A model generated the notes under the pieces. It worked only from the letters and a program-made list of their open reading frames with translations. It did not search any database and was not told the DNA's origin. A program made the position numbers and the translations under genes. Shown one piece after another: positions 1 through 7,890 of a stretch of 10,698 nucleotides of DNA. The number at the start of each line of letters is the position of its first letter. The first letter of the stretch is position 1. Origin of the DNA: Octopus sinensis (Eukaryota); the NCBI RefSeq assembly GCF_006345805.1, contig NW_021827334.1, forward strand, positions 1 to 10,698. The letters run 5' to 3'.

Positions 1-79
1 TCCGAAAAAAATTTTTAACGAAATTTCGGAATGCCATTTTTTTTATTATGTAAACAAAAAATAGTTAGCAGTATAATGT

Positions 80-1723
80 TTTCCACAAAGTGGCTAACCT
101 CGAAGGAAAATCCTCACCCCCGAGGTTGTGCAACCAGTCTGGTATGCCCGCCTCGCCACAAGAGATGCCAACATATTTGCAGAACACCTGGCCACTATCC
201 AGGAGGCCAATCCGGAAACGTCGCAAAACCGGGAGTCGGAGCCACTGCGCGCGCCCACTGTCGCCGGACCATCACCCGATCACCATTGCAGAGGTGACCT
301 GGCCATCCGTTCGTCAAAAGGCAACGCACCGGGCCATGACAAAATACCGATGCGATTGTTTAAGGAAGCACCCGAAGACCTACATGTGTTCCTCGCGGAT
401 CTGTTTACGGCAAGTCTCAAATGGGGCCATGTGCCGGAAAAATGGAAAATCTCAGAGGTCCGGATGATCAAAAGCCTGCGAAACCGGTGAATCTCGCTAG
501 CAGCTACCGTCCCATAAGCCTAATCCCAACTATCTCAAGGCTGATGGAGAAAATTATGGCCAAGCGCCTCGACTTCCACGCCGAAGAAAGAAAGTGCTGC
601 TCCCGCAGCAATGGGGTTTTCGCTCTGGACGTAGCTGCGGTGACTGTTTCATTACGGTACAGTCCACCATCTCGAGAGCAACGGAGTTTAAAGAAACTTT
701 ATCTCTTGTATGTCTGGACATCTCAAAGGCTTTTGACAGCGTCTGGCACAGAGACCTCCTGGAAGGATCGAACTCTGTGAGCCAACAGCGGAAGTCTTCC
801 TCTGGATGCGCTGCTTCCTCTCAAATCGCTACTCTTTTATCTCTGAGTCGGGCTTCTTCTCAGATATATATTTCGCTCCGAAGGGGGTTCCGCAGGGGTC
901 CTGTCTCAGTCCAATCTTTTTCAATTTGGTAATGAGCAGTTTCCCCACACCCTCCGATCCAGGACATCCCTACTCCTCTACGCGGACGATGTTCTCGTCT
1001 GGACACCTCGATGGACACCAATGCCTCGGAGAAACGACTTGCCGGCTACATTGAGGAGATAAAGAATTGGTGCATTGGTAAGCGACTCTCGCTGGCCATG
1101 GACAAATCTGCATATCTCCAAATTAACCCAAGAAAGTCGCAAGATCGCAAACCCGGCTCTTTGGTGGAAATTGCTCGCCCTGAGAGCATACGTTACCTGG
1201 GGCTCACAATCGACGCAAACTCGAGATACCATTTGCATTTCAAACGGAGAAAAGGGAAAGCCATCGCCGCTCTCCGACTCCTAAGAAGCATGCACTTGAA
1301 TCCAAATACCTTCCTATTTGTATACCATGCAACAATCTTGCCCAGCCTACTGTATGGTATGGAAGCTTGGTTCTACTCGAAACAATATGAGAAAATTCTG
1401 CGAAAATGCGAAAAAATACGGAGATACGCTCTAAAACTAGCCTATATGCTAAATCCATGGGAGCCTGTCCCAAGCTGGGCGGAGAGCAAGTCTCCAGAGC
1501 TACGGCAGGCCATCGAGCTTCTATCCGAACTTTTCGAAACGCTCTAAAGTAACTGACCTATTCATCGATCGTGGAGAATAGCAGGTGTCCCTGCTCATAG
1601 ACAGACAAAGCGGACGAACCATGGAAGAGCTCGAATGCCCAAAGCAATCGTCTCGTCAAAATTACTTTCCGCACTAATTTTCTGTCTCGCTCTTCTTTCT
1701 TACAATAAAATTCTTCGTTCGTT
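80..1723 (+). mobile_element. Element A, copy 1: 5'-truncated non-LTR retrotransposon (Jockey/I/CR1-like RT) inserted at the H2A start codon
   Basis: RT motifs, AATAAA at 1704-1709, short TTC/TTCG tail. Flanked by CAG--TATAATGT (69-79, 2-nt deletion) and CAGAGTATAATGT (1724-1736). Confidence 0.88.
90..1581 (+). pseudogene. Reverse transcriptase of element A, copy 1 (frameshifted as read; no endonuclease domain)
   Basis: Segments in different frames: KGNAPGHDKIP, SYRPISLIPTISRLMEK, QWGFRSGRS, LDISKAFDSVWH, GVPQGSCLSP, RYLGLTID, ILPSLLYGMEAW. These are canonical non-LTR RT motifs. Confidence 0.92.
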
Positions 1724-1732
1724 CAGAGTATA

Positions 1733-2107
1733 ATGTCTTCAAGAGGAAAAGGAGGAAAAGTACGGTCAAAGGCTAAAAGCAAATCCGTTCGGGCCGGGTT
1801 ACAGTTTCCAGTTGGACGCATTCACCGGTGTCTCCGTCATGAAACCCGAATGCGAGTAGGAATTCTGCCGCAGTAATATGTGCGCAGTATTGGAATATGC
1901 TGTGGCTGAAATGCTTGAACTTGCTGGAAATACAGCAGTAAAATGTGGAAAAAGAAGAATTAAACCCGTCACATTGTCGTTGCAATTGGAAATGACGACG
2001 AATTAAAGAATTAACTCAGAAAGCTATTATTTCATCTGGTGGATTTATGATTCGCAAAACTGCAGAAACTCCTAAAACAACTTCCTAACTTTAAATTAAT
2101 TATTTGA
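1733..2107 (+). CDS. H2A: Histone H2A (divergent), copy 1; several indels probably sequencing error
   Basis: Nearly identical to the open copy at 7513-7890 ([39 protein letters not shown]). Confidence 0.88.
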
Positions 2108-2201
2108 ATAATGCGCTGTTATTTTGTAATATTGTTTTCGAAATACAATAGATCAACCAGTTAAGTTTTTTTAACGAATTTCAAAATAATTTCAAACACA
2201 A

Positions 2202-3330
2202 TTAACGAATATTGTATAGGGTGGAGTTCTTGATTTTCTTTGGCCAGTTGATGCCAATAAGAATTCTTAACTGTCTTCTATGGAATGCATCAAGAGATTT
2301 TGATTCAGACTCAGATATTCCCCATGTTCCTCCGTTGTACAAAAGTATGGGTTTAATAAAAGCATTGTATAATTTGGCACGTAAGGCCGTTCCAACCTCG
2401 CGGTTTCGTAGCCAAGTGTCCGCAGTTTGTTAAGTGCAACAGTCGATAGCATCTTTCTCCTCATAATGTCTTCACTATCTCCTAAAAGAGTTCCCACTTT
2501 TTTCGAGTTTCGCCATTTTTCGTCTGTTCTATTTGCCCCCGGTTGATTGTTACATATTCGGTTTTGTCTATGTTCACTTTTAAGAACCATTTTTCCAGTG
2601 CCTGAGGAGCAATGTTCAGCGTTCTTCGAGAGTCGACTTATCATGAGACAAAAGTCTACATCGTCGGCATATATCACTTCAGTTATTGAAGTAGACTTCA
2701 CTAGTTTTCTCAGATCTCTTAGTGCCGCTTCAAGATAGACAATGAATAGTACAGGTGATATTGAATCACCTTGGGGCGTTCCAATGCTTGTTTTGAAAGA
2801 TCTTGATTGTACGGTCCGATCTTCACCGTTAACTCGGTGTCTATAAGTAGTGCTCGAACCATTCTGATCGAGTCATTGTCAAGAATAGTTTTGAGGATCT
2901 CCATTAGCTTGTCTCTGCGGATTGTATCAAATGCCCTGCTCATATCAATGCCCAATATTGTGGTCGCCATTTTAAATTTCTGAGATATGGCACAGATCCA
3001 TCTATGTCCCCATACTACATCTGCAGTTGATCGCCCAGCCTGAATCCACTTTGGCTAGCCGACAGATATTCATTAACAGGGTCCTTAATACGTTCCAGTG
3101 TTACGAGCGAGAAGATTTTCCTTATGTGTTCAAGAGTATGATTGGGCGAATGTTGTTAAGAGGACCTTGCGGCTTGTTGGTTTTTGGAGAGGAATTAGCG
3201 TTCCTTTCCCATAGGCGGTATGGTATTTCCATGGAACATCTCGTTCAGGAGATTTGTGATTATATTGAGATCTCCATGGGGAGTACTTTATCAATTCACC
3301 GTTGATGTTGTCTGGACCCGCCGCACGGTT
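2202..3330 (-). pseudogene. Reverse transcriptase of element B, copy 1 (RTE-like; frameshifted as read)
   Basis: NRAAGPDNINGELIKY, GIDMSRAFDTIRR, YADDVDF, KKVGTLLGDSEDIMRRK. Ends at TLYNIR-stop. Confidence 0.9.
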
Positions 3331-3789
3331 GGGTACTCCCGCTGTATGTGTCCTAAAAGGTCATTATCCTCGAAGTCCCGGGGGACCCCAGAGGAGCAGG
3401 ACTCTTACCTGCCTTACCTTTTGTTCAATCCTGACAAGCCGATGCATGCCAGGACCGAACGGGCTGGACTTCTCCAGCTCTCCTTTAAAGCTGAAGAAGT
3501 CCTCCTCCTTCTCCCACCCAAGCAGAATTGGGTGGGCTCCCTCTTCAGGACTCTATACAAGCTTTGAAGGCTGGATAGAGTCTAACGTACCTAAGATCTT
3601 TATGACCGAGGCCTTCCCACTTGTAGGAGGACCTCAAGTCGTGCCACAGCACCGAAGGTAATTCTGCCCCCGGCGCCAGTGGTCTTCTTTGGGTGTGCAT
3701 CCACCTGATCGGACACACACCCAGTACCTAAAACATTAGGGGGGGTTGGACGGCCAGCCGCACGTTTGGGTTTCCCCACCGTGTACCAA
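3291..3789 (-). pseudogene. ORF1/gag-like segment of element B, copy 1 (frameshifted as read)
   Basis: Counterpart of the open frame 9084-9581 in copy 2. Confidence 0.4.
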
Positions 3790-4238
3790 CCGTCCTCAAG
3801 GGCAACCTATTTCCTGCCTGCCGTACCCACCGGGACGGCCTCAGGAGACGACACCCTGTTGGCATTAATTGACTTACCCTAGGCTGGTTTGGCACCACTA
3901 GACAAACCGCAAACACGTGGCGAACCAGCATGCTGTGCGGTTGTCGTGGCTACCAACAATTAGTACCTGTTGCAGCTGCTGCTCCCCCGACACCAGCCAA
4001 GGGGGAGCAGAGGAGAAGAGTCTTCAGTGAGTGCTGAACCCATCTGGGAGGGTCCAGGCTTCGACCCCTTCCTGCTTTGACCTAAAGAATTAAAAACACC
4101 ACTAGAATAGCCGGAAGCACGTGGCGGTGAACCACGGCTCCGGCAGTTCATCGTAGTGGCACACTGAACCGTCTTGTCCTCCGGGGAGTGCGAAGCGGGA
4201 ACGCCTCCACTTCTGCATAGTCTTCTTAGTGCAGACAG
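3790..4238 (-). other. GC-rich structured leader of element B, copy 1
   Basis: Lies between H3 codon K27 and the ORF1-like segment, with no ORF conserved between copies. Hairpins at 3893-3950, 3979-4010 (perfect 10-bp stem CTGCTCCCCC/GGGGGAGCAG) and 4097-4160. Confidence 0.6.
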
Positions 4239-4322
4239 CTTGCGAGCAGATTTTGCAGACAACTGTTTCCTTGGTACTTTTGCACCAGTAGATTTTCGAG
4301 CCGTTTGTTTTGTTCTAGCCAT
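4239..4322 (-). pseudogene. H3: Histone H3 N-terminal tail fragment (Met to K27), copy 1; histone fold absent
   Basis: [28 protein letters not shown], after which homology is lost (LSA may be the last H3-derived residues). No H3 core sequence occurs anywhere in the unit. Confidence 0.93.
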
Positions 4323-4328
4323 ATTTTA

Positions 4329-4623
4329 TTATTTTTTTTTTTCAGTCTGTATTTCACGTGAGGTAATGGTAGCCTTCGAATTCTGATAGACTAAATTTGA
4401 AGCCTCGGTTTTTATTTTGTCATAAACATCGAATGTAAAACTGTCCATAGCCATCATAGCCTTCTTTGACATCCCAAGTTGATTATGTACTGTCTTTAAA
4501 ATTTTCATAAGATATATCGAAAAAGTTTTCCTTTTCTTTTTTTTTTTTCTTTGTAGCGACGGAAACATTTTTTGTTTTAATGGGAGCTCTTTTTTGTCCT
4601 TTTGTGCTAACTTTAGGTGCCAT
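4329..4623 (-). pseudogene. H2B: Histone H2B, C-terminally truncated, copy 1
   Basis: MAPKVSTKG...KRKTFSIYLMKILKTVHNQLGMSKKAMMAMDSFTFDVYDKIKTEASNLVYQNSKATITSREIQT, then an A-run and stop. The segment equivalent to AVRLLLPGELAKHAVSEG is missing. One frameshift lies in the lysine A-run. Confidence 0.9.
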
Positions 4624-4659
4624 TATTAACAAAATTTGTATGTTCCGAGGGGAAAAACA

Positions 4660-4731
4660 TTATATAATAAAAAAAGTATTATTCCAAAATTTTTTTTGAG
4701 TAATGCAAAAAAGTATCATTCCGAATTTTTT
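4660..4731 (-). promoter_or_regulatory. H2B promoter: TATA-like element plus two copies of a shared histone upstream motif
   Basis: TATATAA on the minus strand at 4660-4666, about 40 bp from the ATG. On the + strand, AAAAAAGTATTATTCCAAAATTTT and AAAAAAGTATCATTCCGAATTTT lie 37 bp apart. Confidence 0.55.
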
Positions 4732-5021
4732 GAGAGGAATAATTTGTAATAGTAGATAATTAAAATATTTCTTAATAAAATAAAACAATAAAGTAAAACG
4801 AGAAAGTTATAAATTAGTTAATGTCATGAGGAAATTATTATTATAATACATTCCGTAGGAACATTAACAAAGTTATAATCCGACACGTGTCACAAGCAAA
4901 ACAATCTTCTGTTCCTTGCTCGTCCATGCCCCTCTGTTGCGGGCGAAATCCCGCAAAGATTTTAGGTCGTCCCAGTTTTTGAAACTTTTGCCATGAAGTT
5001 TGAGATCCCTTTCAAGAACTG

Positions 5022-5116
5022 TGTGTGATGACATGGGATGAACTGGTCACCAAATACCACAAGCGGTACTTAAGACAGTTGGATGTAGATAGTCTCTACA
5101 GGCTTATATACAGTCA
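5022..5116 (+). mobile_element. Probable remnant of the C-terminus of an R4/Dong-like (restriction-like endonuclease) non-LTR retrotransposon
   Basis: CVMTWDELVTKYHKRYLRQLDVDS, then one frameshift to LQAYIQS. This resembles the recalled C-terminal motif PYVMTWDGxVTxYHxxYLxxxGxxxxIEAYIQS. It lies in a GC-richer island (~4880-5250) within AT-rich spacer. Confidence 0.5.
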
Positions 5117-5373
5117 GCCCTTTCCTGACGTTTAGTCAGCAAGAGGCGCTAGACTGCACCTTCTCGAAGGTCTACAGTGCCAGAGAAGAAAAGGAAGAAA
5201 AAGAGGAGGTTCGTGGAGTGCCACCTTCTGCTCACTTCGAAGGCTCTGGACTTAGTAAAATACTTAGTTTCTTTTTTTAATAAAGCTAGTTAGTATATTT
5301 ATGAAATTGCTAATTTTTATCTGGTAAATTTGTAAGGAATATCAATGTATTTTATTAAAAAAATTATGTATAT

Positions 5374-5685
5374 TTATCCACCAAATCCGTAAATTGTCCT
5401 ACCTTGACGTTTCAAGGCATTAACAACGTCCATTGCGATAACAGTTTTTCTTTTGGCATGCTCAGTGTAAGAAATACAATCACGAACAGTTTGCTCAATA
5501 AAAATCTTAAGGACAGAACGTGTCTCCTCGTAAATTTTTCCAGAAATTCTTCGAACACACCCCCCTCTTCGACATAGTCTTCTTATTGCTGGCTTAGTAA
5601 TTCCTTGTATATTGTCAATTAATATCTTTCGAAATCGTTTTGCACCACTCTTTCCTCCTTTGCCACCTTTACCACGTCCAGACAT
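5374..5685 (-). CDS. H4: Histone H4 (divergent, full length, 103 aa)
   Basis: [10 protein letters not shown]...[14 protein letters not shown]...[11 protein letters not shown]...[27 protein letters not shown]. An AATAAA lies shortly after the stop on the minus strand. Confidence 0.97.
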   Translation of the reverse strand: MSGRGKGGKGGKSGAKRFRKILIDNIQGITKPAIRRLCRRGGCVRRISGKIYEETRSVLKIFIEQTVRDCISYTEHAKRKTVIAMDVVNALKRQGRTIYGFGG

Positions 5686-5722
5686 TAGGAAAAATTCTCT
5701 AAATAAACACTATTTTCAACCT

Positions 5723-5820
5723 ATGCAAAAAAAGTATCATTGCCAAATTTTTTTCGACTGATGCAAAAAAGGACCATTCCGAAAAAAATTTTTAACGAAA
5801 TTTCGGAATGCCATTTTTTT
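5723..5820. promoter_or_regulatory. Divergent H4/H2A promoter with three copies of the shared motif, one inverted
   Basis: ATGCAAAAAAAGTATCATTGCCAAATTT (from 5723), ATGCAAAAAAGGACCATTCCGAAA (from 5761) and inverted AAATTTCGGAATGCCATTTTTTT (5798-5820). Perfect 10-bp inverted repeat CATTCCGAAA (5775-5784) / TTTCGGAATG (5801-5810). Confidence 0.6.
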
Positions 5821-5844
5821 ATTATGTAAACAAAAAATAGTTAG

Positions 5845-5857
5845 CAGAGTATAATGT
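5845..5857 (+). repeat. Left target-site duplication of element A (CAGAGTATAATGT, includes the H2A ATG)
   Basis: Exact 13-nt match to 7504-7516. Confidence 0.88.
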
Positions 5858-7503
5858 TTTCCACAAAGTGGCTAACCTCGAAGGAAAATCCTCACCCCCG
5901 AGGTTGTGCAACCAGTCTGGTATGCCCGCCTCGCCACAAGAGATGCCAAACATATTTGCAGAACACCTGGCCACTATCCAGGAGGCCAATCCGGAAACGT
6001 CGCAAAAACGGGAGTCGGAGCCACTGCCGCGCCACTGTCGCCGGACCATCACCCGATCACCATTGCAGAGGTGACCTGGGCCATCCGTTCGTCAAAAGGC
6101 AACGCACCGGGCCATGACAAAATACCGATGCGATTGTTTAAGGAAGCACCCGAAGACCTACATGTGTTCCTCGCGGATCTGTTTACGGCAAGTCTCAAAT
6201 GGGGCCATGTGCCGGAAAAATGGAAAATCTCAGAGGTCCGGATGATCAAAAGCCTGCGAAACCGGTGAATCTCGCTAGCAGCTACCGTCCCATAAGCCTA
6301 ATCCCAACTATCTCAAGGCTGATGGAGAAAATTATGGCCAAGCGCCTCGACTTCCACGCCGAAGAGAAGAAAGTGCTGCTCCCGCAGCAATGGGGTTTTC
6401 GCTCTGGACGTAGCTGCGGTGACTGTTTCATTACGGTACAGTCCACCATCTCGAGAGCAACGGAGTTTAAAGAAACTTTATCTCTTGTATGTCTGGACAT
6501 CTCAAAGGCTTTTGACAGCGTCTGGCACAGAGACCTCCTGGAAAGGATCGAACTCTGTGAGCCAACAGCGGAAGTCTTCCTCTGGATGCGCTGCTTCCCT
6601 CTCAAATCGCTACTCTTTTATCTCTGAGTCGGGCTTCTTCTCAAGATATTTCGCTCCGAAGGGGGTTCCGCAGGGGTCCTGTCTCAGTCCAATCTTTTTC
6701 AATTTGGTAATGAGCAGTTTCCCCACACCCTCCGATCCCAGGACATCCCTACTCCTCTACGCGGACGATGTTCTCGTTCTGGACACCTCGATGGACACCA
6801 ATGCCTCGGAGAAACGACTTGCCGGCTACATTGAGGAGATAAAGAATTGGTGCATTGGTAGCGACTCTCGCTGGCCATGGACAAATCTGCATATCTCCAA
6901 ATTAACCCAAGAAAGTCGCAAGATCGCAAACCCGGCTCTTTGGTGGAAATTGCTCGCCCTGAGAGCATACGTTACCTGGGGCTCACAATCGACGCAAACT
7001 CGAGATACCATTTGCATTTCAAACGGAGAAAAGGGAAAGCCATCGCCGCTCTCCGACTCCTAAGAAGCATGCACTTGAATCCAATACCTTCCTATTTGTA
7101 TACCATGCAACAATCTTGCCCAGCCTACTGTATGGTATGGAAGCTTGGTTCTACTCGAAACAATATGAGAAAATTCTGCGAAAATGCGAAAAAATACGGA
7201 GATACGCTCTAAAACTAGCCTATATGCTAAATCCATGGGAGCCTGTCCCAAGCTGGGCGGAGAGCAAGTCTCCAGAGCTACGGCAGGCCATCGAGGCTTC
7301 TATCCGAACTTTTCGGAAACGCTCTAAAGTAACTGACCTATTCATCGATCGTGGAGAATAGCAGGTGTCCCTGCTCATAGACAGACAAAGCGGACGAACC
7401 ATGGAAGAGCTCGAATGCCCAAAGCAATCGTCTCGTCAAAATTACTTTCCGCACTAATTTTCTGTCTCGCTCTTCTTTCTTACAATAAAATTCTTCGTTC
7501 GTT
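5858..7503 (+). mobile_element. Element A, copy 2: 5'-truncated non-LTR retrotransposon at the H2A start codon
   Basis: RT motifs, AATAAA at 7484-7489, TTCTTCGTTCGTT tail, exact 13-bp flanking duplication. Confidence 0.9.
5868..7361 (+). pseudogene. Reverse transcriptase of element A, copy 2 (frameshifted as read)
   Basis: SYRPISL, QQWGFRSGRS, LDISKAFDSVWH, GVPQGSCLSP, LLLYADD, RYLGLTID. Ends at DLFIDRGE-stop. Confidence 0.92.
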
Positions 7504-7516
7504 CAGAGTATAATGT
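7504..7516 (+). repeat. Right target-site duplication of element A
   Basis: CAGAGTATAATGT, whose ATG (7513) opens the H2A ORF. Confidence 0.88.
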
Positions 7517-7890
7517 CTTCAAGAGGAAAAGGAGGAAAAGTACGGTCAAAGGCTAAAAGCAAATCCGTTCGGGCCGGGTTACAGTTTCCAGTTGGACGCA
7601 TTCACCGGTGTCTCCGTCATGAAACCCGAATGCGAGTAGGAATTCCTGCCGCAGTATATATGTGCGCAGTATTGGAATATGCTGTGGCTGAAATGCTTGA
7701 ACTTGCTGGAAATACAGCAGTAAAATGTGGAAAAAGAAGAATTAAACCACGTCACATTGTCGTTGCAATTGGAAATGACGACGAATTAAAAGAATTAACT
7801 CAGAAAGCTATTATTTCATCTGGTGGATTTATGATTCGCAAAACTGCAGAACTCCTAAAACAACTTCCTAACTTTAAATTAATTATTTGA
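7513..7890 (+). CDS. H2A: Histone H2A (divergent, open, 125 aa), copy 2
   Basis: [58 protein letters not shown]. The acidic-patch residues are retained. Confidence 0.96.
   Translation: MSSRGKGGKVRSKAKSKSVRAGLQFPVGRIHRCLRHETRMRVGIPAAVYMCAVLEYAVAEMLELAGNTAVKCGKRRIKPRHIVVAIGNDDELKELTQKAIISSGGFMIRKTAELLKQLPNFKLII

Larger units (their letters stand above)
1..5777. repeat. Tandem repeat unit, copy 1 (~5.78 kb histone/retroelement unit)
   Basis: TCCGAAAAAAATTTTTAACGAAATTTCGGAATGCC at 1 recurs at 5778, and all downstream features recur in the same order with an offset of 5777-5786. Confidence 0.97.

Noticed and set aside
280-3661. Numerous 60-140 aa ORFs antisense or out of frame to the RT and histone genes (also in copy 2)
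   Set aside because: They are shadow frames of real coding sequence with no motifs.
3795-3850. Possible hammerhead ribozyme (CTGAGG...GGAAA) on the minus strand
   Set aside because: It lacks the CUGAnGA core and the required three stems.
4057-4108. tRNA/SINE-like A box (CTAGTGG) and B box (GGTCGAAGCC) on the minus strand
   Set aside because: No cloverleaf forms, and the B-box-like sequence is degraded in copy 2.
4181-4204. HDV/CPEB3-like ribozyme core on the minus strand (GCG-TTCCCGCTT-CGC-ACTCCCC-GG) near the 5' end of element B
   Set aside because: The loop is 9 nt rather than about 7, no upstream GGGGAGT partner for P1 exists, and copy 2 alters the P1 and GG positions. An in vitro cleavage assay would settle it.
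3955-4235. Diversity-generating retroelement-like variable repeat next to an RT
   Set aside because: The differences are not adenine-specific on either strand, there is no target ORF, and the RTs are eukaryotic non-LTR type.
3960-4322. H3-tail fusion protein ORFs (120 aa in copy 1, 73 aa in copy 2)
   Set aside because: The frames diverge between copies just after the junction and show no recognisable domain.
4882-4959. Palindrome GACACGTGTC (4882-4891) and hairpin TTGCGGG-CGAAAT-CCCGCAA (4937-4956)
   Set aside because: Both are short and isolated, and I could not fit them to a ribozyme, terminator or transposon end.
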